Source of the DNA: Calothrix sp. CSU_2_0 | GTDB lineage: Bacteria > Cyanobacteriota > Cyanobacteriia > Cyanobacteriales > Nostocaceae | Reading direction: 5' to 3' | Length of the DNA stretch: 64,000 nt | Assembly (NCBI GenBank): GCA_012034595.1 | Contig: JAAUPE010000015.1 | Span: forward strand, 352 to 64,351 | Shown: in pieces, positions 45,172 to 54,585 of the stretch | Layout of the letters: every line of letters begins with the position of its first letter | Position numbering within the stretch: the first letter of the stretch is position 1 | Position numbers and translations under genes: made by a program | Notes under the pieces: generated by a model | Seen by the model: the letters and a program-made list of their open reading frames with translations, nothing else | Databases searched by the model: none | What the model was told of the DNA's origin: nothing

Positions 45172-45530
45172 TCTTAAGTCAAGTCGTTTTCTGGTATCGG
45201 CTACGGTAGAGAAATGGCTGTTTTACCTTTGCAAATTTTCATAAGTGCAAGTCAAATCGAAAACATTCTTTTCTCATTTTTAACTTAAATTGCTTTTCCC
45301 GGTTGGTGTTGATTAATTTGTGGTGTGAGTTTTTATTTTTTTTGATTGTGTTCTAATGAGGTTGTTTGAAGTTTTAGCTTGCTTCCCCACAGCGATATAT
45401 AGCGTTTATGCTTTGCGTTCTCGTAATATGTGGAGTTTTGAACCAGAACCACTATAGACACGTAGTGGCTTCCGAAGGTAGAACGCTGGGAGCGTTAAGG
45501 AAGAGAGAAATAAGCAAGTCTTATTCACGA

Positions 45531-45703
45531 AGGAAGAAGGAAGAAGAAAGAAGAAAGAAGTACCCACCCTTAAAAGAGTGGGATTGAAACAAGGACTTTT
45601 TATACCTCGCCGCAAGCAATCTCAGTATAATTATTTATCTTTACTGGGCTTTAAACTCAGAACTGAAGTTATTAATGATACTTATAGCTTCTTCCTTCTT
45701 CCT
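45531..45703. repeat. 16-bp polypurine/polypyrimidine inverted repeat enclosing a solitary CRISPR-repeat-like motif
   Basis: aggaagaaggaagaag (45531-46) faces cttcttccttcttcct (45688-703). The interior holds gtacccacccttaaaagagtgggattgaaac (45560-90). Confidence 0.7.
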
Positions 45704-45731
45704 CCTGACTTCTTCCTTCTTTGTAAAGATG

Positions 45732-46727
45732 TTAGGAATCAAGTTTGACGTAACCATTGGACGCAAACCAATCGACGGCATCTTTAAGGGCAATATTTAC
45801 AGGTGTTTGGGGTAATCCAAGTTCGCGAATTGCTTTCGATGGGTTGTAGTACATTGGGTGTTTTGCCATCCTGACACCATCGAGGGGAACTGATGGTTTT
45901 TTTCCCAAACGTGCAAGAATTTTTTCATCTACCCAAGCGACACTGAAGGGTATCCAAGCGGGTATGGCATTTGTTGGTGCGGGAATGTTGGTAATTTCTG
46001 CAAGGCTATCGAGAATTTGTTTGAAGGAAAGATTTTGATTTCCCAAGATGTATCTTTCTCCTGTTTTTCCTTTTTGGAGTGCGAGCAGATGTCCCCAAGC
46101 GACATCACGCACGTCGATCAAGTTTAGCCCTGTGTTGATGTAAGCTGGCATTTGTCGTTTGAGAAAGCGCAGGATAATGTCTCCTCCTGTGGGGGTTGGT
46201 TTGATGTCCCAAGGTCCAATTGGAGTACTAGGATTAACTATGACGATGTTTTGTCCTAAATTTGCGGCTTTAATTGCTTCTTGTTCGGCTAAATATTTGG
46301 ACTTTTTGTAATCTCCGACAAGTTCGTTGATTGGGCTTTGGTGGGTTTCATCAACGGGGTTTTTTCCAACTCCAATTGCAGCGACGGAACTGGTGTAAAC
46401 TGTACGTTCTATTCCTGCGGTTTTTGCGGCTGCGAGGATATTTTTGGTTGCGATCGCGTTATTTTGGTAGAGTAATGCTTTGTCGCTTTGCCAAAGGGAA
46501 TAATGTGCGGCTACGTGAAATAGGTATTTGCAACCTGCGATTTTTTCGGCAAGATTGGTGTCGTTTAAATCTCCTTTGATTATTTCGAGATTATGGAGAT
46601 TTTTTAAGTTGTTGATATTACTATTATGACGCACAAGGGCGCGTACTGAATATCCTTGGAGGACTAATAAACGGACAAGATTTGCTCCCACGAATCCTGT
46701 ACCACCTGTAATAAAAATTTTTTCCAT
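45732..46727 (-). CDS. NAD-dependent epimerase/dehydratase (SDR), HpnA-like hopanoid-associated sugar epimerase type
   Basis: Rossmann motif ITGGTGFVGANLV and catalytic YKKSK. The overall pattern HVAAHYSLWQ..IVNPSTPIGPWDIKPTPTG matches my memory of HpnA-like proteins. Confidence 0.75.
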   Translation of the reverse strand: MEKIFITGGTGFVGANLVRLLVLQGYSVRALVRHNSNINNLKNLHNLEIIKGDLNDTNLAEKIAGCKYLFHVAAHYSLWQSDKALLYQNNAIATKNILAAAKTAGIERTVYTSSVAAIGVGKNPVDETHQSPINELVGDYKKSKYLAEQEAIKAANLGQNIVIVNPSTPIGPWDIKPTPTGGDIILRFLKRQMPAYINTGLNLIDVRDVAWGHLLALQKGKTGERYILGNQNLSFKQILDSLAEITNIPAPTNAIPAWIPFSVAWVDEKILARLGKKPSVPLDGVRMAKHPMYYNPSKAIRELGLPQTPVNIALKDAVDWFASNGYVKLDS

Positions 46728-46876
46728 ATTGGTTCATTATTAATTAGGATTTACGCAGGTTTGATAAAAACCATGAATTTATCCGCGTCCATCTGCGTAC
46801 CCTGCGGGTAGGCACGGAGTGACTTCCAAAGGTAGCCGCATTAGACGAGCGGAGCGAGACTTCTCGCAGAGTAGCG

Positions 46877-49633
46877 TCAATATCTGCGGTTAATTAAGGG
46901 AGAACTTTTTTGATGACGGGGAAACCAATCATCAAGAATGGTATATAAAATTGGCACAACAATTAAACTGAGAATAGTCGAACTAATTAAACCTCCTGCG
47001 ATCGCAACTGCCATAGGCGATCGTAATTCAAATCCGGCTCCAATTCCGAGTGCGATGGGAACCATACCCAAGATTGTAGCTACTGTGGTCATAATGATGG
47101 GACGAAATCTTGTTGGTGCGGCTTCGAGGATTGCTTCGGTGCGCTTGAATCCTTGTTTTCGCAGTTGATTAATATAATCTACTAACAAAATTGCGTTTTT
47201 ATTGCTAATACCAAGTAGGAAGACAAATCCAATTAGGGAAATCATGCCGAAGTCGCTTTTTGTTAAGAATAGGGAAATTATCGCTCCGACTATTGCTAAA
47301 GGTAAGGAAATGCCTATAATTACTGGGTCTTGCCATCCTCCAAATAGTAAAACTAGTACAAGAATAATGCATAAACCTGATAGTAATAATGTCCAGGTGA
47401 AGCTACCTAAAACCTCATTTTGTCTAGCAGAATCTCCCTCCAAAGCTAATTTTACATCTGCGGGAATTGTGGATTTGGCGACTGATACTAATTTGTCTGT
47501 GGCTGCACCAAGGGATAGGTTTTGACCTAAATTTATCTGTCCTAAGTTTGCACTGATATAGGTTACACGTTGATTATTTAAACGTTCAATTTGAAAGATA
47601 TTTTTATCTGTATTTCCTGCACCTGTATAAGTCACATCGACAAATCCTGGTAGTTTCTGAATTTGTGCGGTAATGGCTTTAGCAGCTTGATTTAAACTAT
47701 TTAAATTTTCTCCTTGTAAGGCAATTTGCAGAGGTTTTTGAACTCCACTATCAACGAATTGAATATCCTCAACGCTAATGGTGACATCGGGAATTTTAGG
47801 TAATGAATTACGCAATTGCTCCTGTAAATCACCTGTTTTAATTTGACGTTGTTCCTTTAACTTGACATACAATGTTCCCTTATTTGGTTCACCTTGACGC
47901 GAACCAACGGTGACAAAGACATTTTCCACATTGGTATTTTTGATAATAATATTCTCAAGTTTTTTCGCAATATTTAAAGAATCATTCAAAGGATTATTTA
48001 AAGAATTACTTGCTACTCCAGAAACAGAAAGAGAATTTAAATCAGTACTAAAAATATTTCCGAAAGCATCCTGGGTAGATTGCTGACTTTGTTCCACCAA
48101 CTTCGTCAGCGATGCTGTATAAGTAACATTAAACTCACCCCGATCCAACTTAGGAATAAACCCCTTGGGAATAATTGGAATAATTGCGATCGCAATGATA
48201 AAGCTTAATACCGCTAAACCCATAACAACTTTTCGATGTTGCAATGACCATTTCAATAAATCTTGGTATTTTTGAGCAAAATAACCCCACTTATTCTGTT
48301 CTTCTTCTGTGTCGTTATTTCTATTTCCTTTCTTCCCCCGAATCCAATAAATCGCCAGTACCGGAGATAAAGTTCTAGCAACCAACAACGAAGTCAACAT
48401 CGCTGCCGAAACCGTAATTCCAAACGGTTTAAAAAACTGTCCAACCACACCTCCCATTAACCCAATTGGCAAAAACACCGCAACAGCAGTTAACGTGGCA
48501 GCAGTAACTGTCACCCCGATTTCTGAAGTTGCTGAAAGTGCTGCTTGACGGGGAGTTTCCCCCCGATCTATGTGACGCATAATATTTTCTACGTCAACTA
48601 TTGCATCATCGATAATACTGCCAATTACTAATGCTAATGCTAGCAATGTAATAGTTTCTAAATTGAAACCAAATATCGCCATAACAATAAATGTTCCCAT
48701 TAAGGAAATGGGAATTGCTAAAGCGGAAATTATTGTTGCTTGCCAGTTTCGCAAAAATGGGTAAATTACTACCACCGATAAAATTATCGCTTCAATTAAC
48801 GAATCAATCGTTGATTGTGTGGCTTTGCGAATAAATTCTGCCTGGGTTGATGCTAAAATCAATTTGACATTGGGTAAACTAGAACGCAATTTATCAACTT
48901 CTGCTTCAACCCTACCCACCACCTCCAAAGTATTCGCATCTCCCCGTTTAATCACTTGAATTGCGATCGCGTCTTTGCCATTAAATCGAATTAAAGTCGC
49001 ACCTTGCCCCGGTAAACTGGTGGTATTCGTATTTTGATCTGGTTCACCCAATAGTACAACTTTGAGAACTCCCGGTAACTTCGAGATATTCGCGATAATT
49101 TTTTGTTTGGTTAAACTTGCTAAATCCTCTAGATTTAGGCGATCGCTTTCAATTGCATAACTAATCACAGCAGATTCATTCAAATTGAAGGGGATAACCT
49201 TGTATTCTGCCCCTGCTGTCAATTTTATCTGCTTGAGTACATCCTCAACTTTGCGAGTCGATCTATCTAAATTTGTCCCCACAGGAAACTCAAGACTAAT
49301 GACTGATTGCCCTGGATAACTCGAAGAACGAACGTCATCAACCTGTGCCAAAGTTCGCAAACGCTGTTCGAGGGGTTTTGTTAATTTCGCTTCCGTATCT
49401 AACGCTGTAGTCAACGGTGCGGTTGCGTTTACCACCACCACAGGGAAGGTAATATCTGGGAATAGTGCATATTTCAGCGAAGTAAATGCCAAAATTCCAG
49501 CCACCATCACAGCAATCCAAAAGCTCAGGGTTAGCCAAGAATGTTGAATTGCCCATCGAGAAATATTAAAGCGTTCACCGAAGGTATATCTTTGACCATC
49601 GCGTGCTGATTTTGGGCGAATAGGCTTCATCAT
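46877..49633 (-). CDS. RND-family efflux permease (AcrB/HAE-like), short form, with no adjacent adaptor gene
   Basis: 918 aa with an AcrB-like N-terminus (FNISRWAIQHSWLT..). Two 6-TM bundles flank large periplasmic loops. Confidence 0.9.
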   Translation of the reverse strand: MMKPIRPKSARDGQRYTFGERFNISRWAIQHSWLTLSFWIAVMVAGILAFTSLKYALFPDITFPVVVVNATAPLTTALDTEAKLTKPLEQRLRTLAQVDDVRSSSYPGQSVISLEFPVGTNLDRSTRKVEDVLKQIKLTAGAEYKVIPFNLNESAVISYAIESDRLNLEDLASLTKQKIIANISKLPGVLKVVLLGEPDQNTNTTSLPGQGATLIRFNGKDAIAIQVIKRGDANTLEVVGRVEAEVDKLRSSLPNVKLILASTQAEFIRKATQSTIDSLIEAIILSVVVIYPFLRNWQATIISALAIPISLMGTFIVMAIFGFNLETITLLALALVIGSIIDDAIVDVENIMRHIDRGETPRQAALSATSEIGVTVTAATLTAVAVFLPIGLMGGVVGQFFKPFGITVSAAMLTSLLVARTLSPVLAIYWIRGKKGNRNNDTEEEQNKWGYFAQKYQDLLKWSLQHRKVVMGLAVLSFIIAIAIIPIIPKGFIPKLDRGEFNVTYTASLTKLVEQSQQSTQDAFGNIFSTDLNSLSVSGVASNSLNNPLNDSLNIAKKLENIIIKNTNVENVFVTVGSRQGEPNKGTLYVKLKEQRQIKTGDLQEQLRNSLPKIPDVTISVEDIQFVDSGVQKPLQIALQGENLNSLNQAAKAITAQIQKLPGFVDVTYTGAGNTDKNIFQIERLNNQRVTYISANLGQINLGQNLSLGAATDKLVSVAKSTIPADVKLALEGDSARQNEVLGSFTWTLLLSGLCIILVLVLLFGGWQDPVIIGISLPLAIVGAIISLFLTKSDFGMISLIGFVFLLGISNKNAILLVDYINQLRKQGFKRTEAILEAAPTRFRPIIMTTVATILGMVPIALGIGAGFELRSPMAVAIAGGLISSTILSLIVVPILYTILDDWFPRHQKSSPLINRRY

Positions 49634-49856
49634 TATCTAATGTCTCCAACAGACATCGCAATCAGGTTTTTTAGCTTGTTTCAAAATTTTTCCTAACTGA
49701 CTACGGTTGTCACTGTTTTTTGATTCAATTTTTGATTTTATGCTGATTTTTCCTTTTCAGCGTAACTTTAATAATTAGCTCTTGGGATAGATGACTTTTT
49801 TAGGAAAATAATTTTTAAATTTATTTTTTTGTGTAATCACCACTGAATAAGCAATC

Positions 49857-50041
49857 GTTTACCTCGATTATATTGGGTAAATAACGGTTTACCCCGATAA
49901 TATTGGGTAAACAACCGTTTACCCCTACAGGATAATATTGGGTAAACAACGGTTTACCTCGATAATATTGGGTAAACAACGGTTTGCCCCGATAATATTG
50001 GGTAAATAACGGTTTACCCCGATAATATTGGGTGAACAGCC
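49857..50041. repeat. Six tandem 30-bp units (one of 35 bp), each dyad-symmetric: GTTTACCC-N10-GGGTAAAC-N4
   Basis: Units run 49857-86, 49887-916, 49917-51, 49952-81, 49982-50011 and 50012-41. There are no spacers. The array sits in the divergent promoter region between the RND gene and the phosphorylase-like gene. Confidence 0.95.
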
Positions 50042-50079
50042 GTACTCCGAAGCCCAAAAGCAAGCTACACCTCTATAGA

Positions 50080-50802
50080 ATGTCACTTTCCCAAATATCG
50101 ACAATTCAAGTGATTCTGGTTCCCCAAGGAGCAGAATATAACGCAGTCTGTAAAGGATTAAATCGCGTTTCTGGGGAAATTCCCCAAGTTGTACCGATTC
50201 CGATTGGTAGTCCAGGATTAATTACATATCTGGAAAAATTAGAAATTATTGCAGAATTACGCAAAGAATTACAGCCAAACATATTAGTAATGGGTTTGTG
50301 TGGCAGTTTAAAATCGGAATATAAGATTGGTAATGTAGTAATTTATGAAAGTTGTATTTATCACAATAATCTTAATAAAAGCGTGATTCGAGAATTTAGT
50401 CTAAATTTAACAACTGATTTACTAAAAAAATTAGAATTAAGCCAACAAAAACAAATATCAAAAGTTAAAGGGATAACATGCGATCGCATTATTTTTGCTG
50501 CCCAAGAAAAACACCATCTCGCACAAACCCATAATGCTGATGTTGTAGATATGGAAGGATTCACAATTTTAGAATTTTTCAATTCTCTGAATATATCTGT
50601 TGCCATGCTGCGGGTAGTCAGCGATGATAGCAAACATGACTTACCCGATTTAAATTTTGCCATTAGTCCCGAAGGTTCACTACAAACCCTACCTTTAGCA
50701 TTGGGAATGTTACGTCAACCGGTTGCAGCAACACGTTTAATCCGAGGTTCATTAAAAGGATTAAAAGTATTAGAAAAAATCACAACTGACATTATTAATT
50801 AA
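50080..50802 (+). CDS. Nucleoside phosphorylase-superfamily (PNP_UDP_1) protein, MTA/SAH-nucleosidase or HpnG-like
   Basis: ILVMGLCGSL..IGNVV ... ADVVDMEG ... LRVVSD. I chose ATG 50080 because the GTG at 50032 lies inside the repeat array. Confidence 0.65.
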   Translation: MSLSQISTIQVILVPQGAEYNAVCKGLNRVSGEIPQVVPIPIGSPGLITYLEKLEIIAELRKELQPNILVMGLCGSLKSEYKIGNVVIYESCIYHNNLNKSVIREFSLNLTTDLLKKLELSQQKQISKVKGITCDRIIFAAQEKHHLAQTHNADVVDMEGFTILEFFNSLNISVAMLRVVSDDSKHDLPDLNFAISPEGSLQTLPLALGMLRQPVAATRLIRGSLKGLKVLEKITTDIIN

Positions 50803-50949
50803 CTAATTCGCTGGATAATTTATCGCAGTTCCAAGTTTAATTAACGTGAACTTGACAGAAAATCTGCTCCGTAGCTTACTAGAGGTACTCACGCTATCTT
50901 AAATACAGTTTATAATTGAGAATAATCTGTGGAAATAGGAGATAGGACG

Positions 50950-51381
50950 GTGAGTGATTTAGGCAAAAAAAGATTAGATACAACCCTCGCGATCGCAACT
51001 TATGCTATTGGTAGCGCAACAGCTTCGGCAGCACCAACTCCCGGAGGAGAAATCCCCAAACAGATACTTTTGACAGCATCAGATGTTTTAATGTACACCC
51101 GAATTTGGCGAATTTATTTTGAAGAAGATTTATCGAGTAAAAGCGTTGTGGAAATGCTCACAGAATTAGGTTTAGTCAGTGCTGTTGGTGCAGGAAGCGC
51201 TTATGTTATTAGTAAAGCCACCACAGCTATTTTAAAAGAAATTGCCAACTGGACAGGTCCAATCGGTTGGGGAATTACAGCTGCGATCGCGGGTTCGTTA
51301 TCGGGTTTATTTGGTGCAGCTTGGGCATTATATTGCGATAATTTATACAATCAAAAACATCCTCAACCAATTGAAGGTTAG
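50950..51381 (+). CDS. Hypothetical Gly/Ala-rich membrane-associated protein
   Basis: The in-frame GTG at 50950 is preceded by aggaga (50937-42). The ORF track starts it at 50929. No family was recognised. Confidence 0.4.
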   Translation: MSDLGKKRLDTTLAIATYAIGSATASAAPTPGGEIPKQILLTASDVLMYTRIWRIYFEEDLSSKSVVEMLTELGLVSAVGAGSAYVISKATTAILKEIANWTGPIGWGITAAIAGSLSGLFGAAWALYCDNLYNQKHPQPIEG

Positions 51382-51556
51382 AGAAAATATAATGATTTAA
51401 ATATTTTATTGTGAAAATACCAGATGAAGTAATAATCCCAGAAGAAAAAATCAGAGGCTATCTTTTGGTTGCGAAAATTAAAGATGATAAATCAAAATAA
51501 AAAAGAGGTTGAACATGTTAGACTTCAATCGTTCGACTAGTAACATCAATAAAGAA

Positions 51557-51967
51557 ATGGGAGAAGTAAGAGTAAAAGTTAAGTTAATCAATGCAGTTGA
51601 CGAAACTTTAGTCAGTCGTGGTTTATTAAATCCAAACCAACTTCGCGTAATTGAAACAGAAGCACTGGTAGATACTGGTGCTGTAAAGATGGTTTTACCA
51701 ATGACTATAGTTCAAGAACTTGGATTAAGAATTCGTGGTCAACAAACTGCACAATATGCAGATGGTAGAGAAGAAGAGGTTGGATTGACAGAAGCTTTAA
51801 TTATTGAAATACAAGGAAGAGAAACAATAGAAGCAGCTTTAATTACAGGCAATGAGATTTTAATCGGTCAAACTGTTTTAGAAACTTTAGATTTATTAGT
51901 AGATTGCAAAAATCAACGTTTAATTCCTAATCCCAAACATCCCAACTATCCAGTATTTAGAATATAA
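51557..51967 (+). CDS. Retropepsin-like (clan AA) aspartic protease
   Basis: ALVDTGAVKMVLP (D-T-G active site) and a later ILIGQTVLE flap-like segment. I chose ATG 51557. Confidence 0.65.
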   Translation: MGEVRVKVKLINAVDETLVSRGLLNPNQLRVIETEALVDTGAVKMVLPMTIVQELGLRIRGQQTAQYADGREEEVGLTEALIIEIQGRETIEAALITGNEILIGQTVLETLDLLVDCKNQRLIPNPKHPNYPVFRI

Positions 51968-51978
51968 AAATAACGATT

Positions 51979-52308
51979 ATGAATAGTATTTATCACATTA
52001 CTCAACGGGTAAAATGGGAAAATGCCAAACTTGTCGGAAACTATCGCGCAGATTCTCTAAACAGTGAAGGATTTATTCATTGCTCGACGCGATCGCAACT
52101 TACAAAAACAGCTAATAAATTTTTTAAAAATCAAACTGGTTTGGTACTTTTATATATTGATGAAAGTAAAGTTAAAGCTGAAATTAAATACGAATCTGCC
52201 GATAATGATTTATTTCCACATATTTATGGTGAACTAAATTTGGATGCTATATCTCAAGTAATTGACCTAGAACCCGATATAGAAGGTTTATTTAATTTCC
52301 CTATTTAA
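51979..52308 (+). CDS. DUF952-family protein
   Basis: IYHIT...W......Y..DSL..EGFIHCST..Q ... FPHIYG.LN.DA, the typical DUF952 pattern. Confidence 0.75.
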   Translation: MNSIYHITQRVKWENAKLVGNYRADSLNSEGFIHCSTRSQLTKTANKFFKNQTGLVLLYIDESKVKAEIKYESADNDLFPHIYGELNLDAISQVIDLEPDIEGLFNFPI

Positions 52309-52459
52309 TTTATCTTTTTAAATTTATATATTTAAATTTATCTGAAAGCATGTTTTCCCTGCTTCGTCTTTGGGTTACATAGAAATAAAAAGATATCCCA
52401 AACTACAAAAAATCAGTTAAAATTCTCGCTAAAGTCGTAATTCACACATCTACATCGGA

Positions 52460-54013
52460 GTGAAACGAATGCGAGAAACAGGACAAGAAGAAACATCTGC
52501 AAATACGCGAAAAATAACGTGGTTAGAAAAATTTTTAGCTGCAATCGAAGAATTCGGAAACAAATTACCAGACCCATTGACGCTATTTTTTATACTAGCC
52601 CTACTGGTAATAGCTATCAGCGCGATCGCAGCTTCTGTTGGTTTGTCTGTAGTCCATCCCGGTAATGGTAAAGCGATCGCAGCAATATCTCTACTAACTC
52701 CCGATAGCATCCGTAAAATATTTACCCAAGCAGTCAAAAATTTTGTTGAATTTCCCCCATTGGGTACGGTTTTAGTCGCAATGTTAGGTGTTGGTGTTGC
52801 CGAAGCTACAGGATTACTGGCAGCACTTCTCAGGGAAGTTGTGATGATTACCCCCAGAAAATTAATTGCTCCGACGGTTATTTTTGCTGGTGTTATGGCA
52901 AATGTGGCATCGGATGCAGGTTACGTTGTCTTGGTTCCATTGGGAGCAGTCATATTCCTGGCATTTGGCAGACATCCTTTAGCGGGTTTGGCTGCGGCAT
53001 TTGCGGGGGTTGCTGGAGGATTTAGTGCTAATTTACTCATTAGTACCCTTGACCCTTTATTAGCAGGATTGACGCAAACAGCAGCGCAATTAATAAAGCC
53101 TGAATATCAAGTTAATGCTACTGCTAATTATTATTTTATGGCAGTTTCAACGTTTTTAATTACATTAATTGGTTGGCTTATTTGTGAAAAAATTGTCGAA
53201 CCGCGTTTGGGTATATATACAGGTGAAGTTGATATCGAAATGGAGGAGGTTTCTGCTAGGGAAAGAAAAGCTTTACGTTGGGCAGGATATGCTTTTTTAG
53301 CATTTGTGGCGTTCATTTTAGCTTTATTAATTCCACCGCAAGGAATTTTACGCGATCCAGAAAAATTTACGATAATTCCTTCACCTTTTATTGAGGGAAT
53401 TGTATTTATAATTGCGTTGGGTTTTCTAATTCCTGGTATTATTTACGGTAAAGTCGCGGGTACAATTGAAAATGATAAAGACGTGGCAAAGGCTTTAGGT
53501 AATTCGATGAGTTCGATGGGTTATTATATCGCTTTAGCTTTTTTTGCAGCGCAGTTTATTAGTTATTTTGCTTGGAGTAATTTAGGGATAATTGTAGCAG
53601 TTAAAGGTGCTGATTTTTTAAAAGCAACTGGAATTACAGGACCACCTTTACTCATATTATTTATTTTAGTTAGCGTTTTAATTGACATGTTTATTGGTTC
53701 AGCTTCAGCAAAATGGGCAATAATGGCTCCCATATTTGTACCAATGTTTATGTTACTTGGTTATTCACCGGAATTGGTACAAGCTGCTTATAGAATTGGC
53801 GATTCTACGACTAATATTATTACACCTTTGATGCCTTATTTCCCTGTGGTGGTTGCGTTTGGTCAGAAGTACGATCGCAATTTAGGTATTGGTACTTTAA
53901 TTTCTTTGATGTTGCCTTATTCGATTGCTTTTTTGATGGCTTGGTCGCTATTATTTGTAATCTGGTTTGTGTTAGATTTACCTTTAGGTCCTGGTGCTGG
54001 AATGAGACTTTAA
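52460..54013 (+). CDS. AbgT-family transporter (p-aminobenzoyl-glutamate / antimetabolite efflux type)
   Basis: 517 aa, polytopic, with the AbgT N-terminus (FLAAIEEFGNKLPDPLTLF). An alternative start is ATG 52469. Confidence 0.88.
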   Translation: MKRMRETGQEETSANTRKITWLEKFLAAIEEFGNKLPDPLTLFFILALLVIAISAIAASVGLSVVHPGNGKAIAAISLLTPDSIRKIFTQAVKNFVEFPPLGTVLVAMLGVGVAEATGLLAALLREVVMITPRKLIAPTVIFAGVMANVASDAGYVVLVPLGAVIFLAFGRHPLAGLAAAFAGVAGGFSANLLISTLDPLLAGLTQTAAQLIKPEYQVNATANYYFMAVSTFLITLIGWLICEKIVEPRLGIYTGEVDIEMEEVSARERKALRWAGYAFLAFVAFILALLIPPQGILRDPEKFTIIPSPFIEGIVFIIALGFLIPGIIYGKVAGTIENDKDVAKALGNSMSSMGYYIALAFFAAQFISYFAWSNLGIIVAVKGADFLKATGITGPPLLILFILVSVLIDMFIGSASAKWAIMAPIFVPMFMLLGYSPELVQAAYRIGDSTTNIITPLMPYFPVVVAFGQKYDRNLGIGTLISLMLPYSIAFLMAWSLLFVIWFVLDLPLGPGAGMRL

Positions 54014-54016
54014 TAA

Positions 54017-54138
54017 TTAGGAATTAAGAGTTAGGAATTAGGAATTAGGAGTTAGGAATTAGGAATTAAGAGTTAGGAATTAGGAATTAAGAGTTAGGAA
54101 TTAAGAGTTAGGAGTTAGGAATTAGGAGTTAGGAGTTT
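54017..54138. repeat. STRR array (TTAGGAA / TTAAGAG / TTAGGAG heptamers)
   Basis: Read directly. It begins 4 nt after the AbgT stop. Confidence 0.9.
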
Positions 54139-54265
54139 AGCAGTGCGAAACCCTATAAAAAAAATTGGAGGTATTGATTGGGACAATATTTAATTGTCAT
54201 GCTGACGAAGGAAGTATCTGAGAGTTGGAATTTATGATTAAACTAGTAGTAGGAAAAGTAAGAAA

Positions 54266-54469
54266 ATGGAAAATCAACAAACCGAGCTAAAAACCATCAA
54301 TTTAAAAACCTATGTAGAGCAAATGGCTTTATTAGTAGATTTGAATTTACAGGAAGAATATATAGATGGAGTTGTGGCTAACTTTGAGAGAATTAAAAAT
54401 ATTGCACAATTGGTAAATGATTTTGAATTACCAGAAGAAATTGAAATCGCACCAATTTTTGAACCATAA
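54266..54469 (+). CDS. AtzG-like (DUF4089) small subunit, GatC-like partner of AtzE-type amidases
   Basis: 67 aa. Its C-terminus ELPEEIEIAPIFEP parallels the AtzG tail. An AtzE-like amidase lies 0.75 kb downstream. Confidence 0.65.
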   Translation: MENQQTELKTINLKTYVEQMALLVDLNLQEEYIDGVVANFERIKNIAQLVNDFELPEEIEIAPIFEP

Positions 54470-54585
54470 CCATTATTTGAACTATGTTTTTAACCGTAAA
54501 TATACTGAAATCAAATTGAAACTTCATGATTAACATGTAATTTGTTAAGATATTCAATAAACTAAAAAATCATAAAATAACCAAA

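Noticed and set aside
45415-45486. tRNA gene (72 nt closed by a perfect 7-bp acceptor-like stem)
   Set aside because: A manual cloverleaf fold fails. There is no T-arm with a GTTCRA loop next to the 3' strand, and no D-stem. The internal helices are in the wrong positions.
45560-45590. CRISPR repeat
   Set aside because: Only one copy is present, so it cannot be called an array. It is kept only as a solitary repeat-like motif in a finding.
46877-49633. Calling the RND protein HpnN
   Set aside because: The N-terminus and overall pattern look AcrB/HAE-like rather than MMPL/HpnN-like as far as I can judge by eye. The idea is kept only as a neighbourhood hypothesis.
49857-50041. CRISPR array
   Set aside because: The units are contiguous with no spacers, and no cas genes are in the window. 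I also tested the unit as an NtcA site: it gives GTA-N10-TAC, not the canonical GTA-N8-TAC.
49821-50063. 80-aa minus-strand ORF with the repeating peptide FTQYYRGKPL
   Set aside because: It is simply the translation of the 30-bp tandem DNA repeat. It shows no start context or coding signature beyond the repeat.
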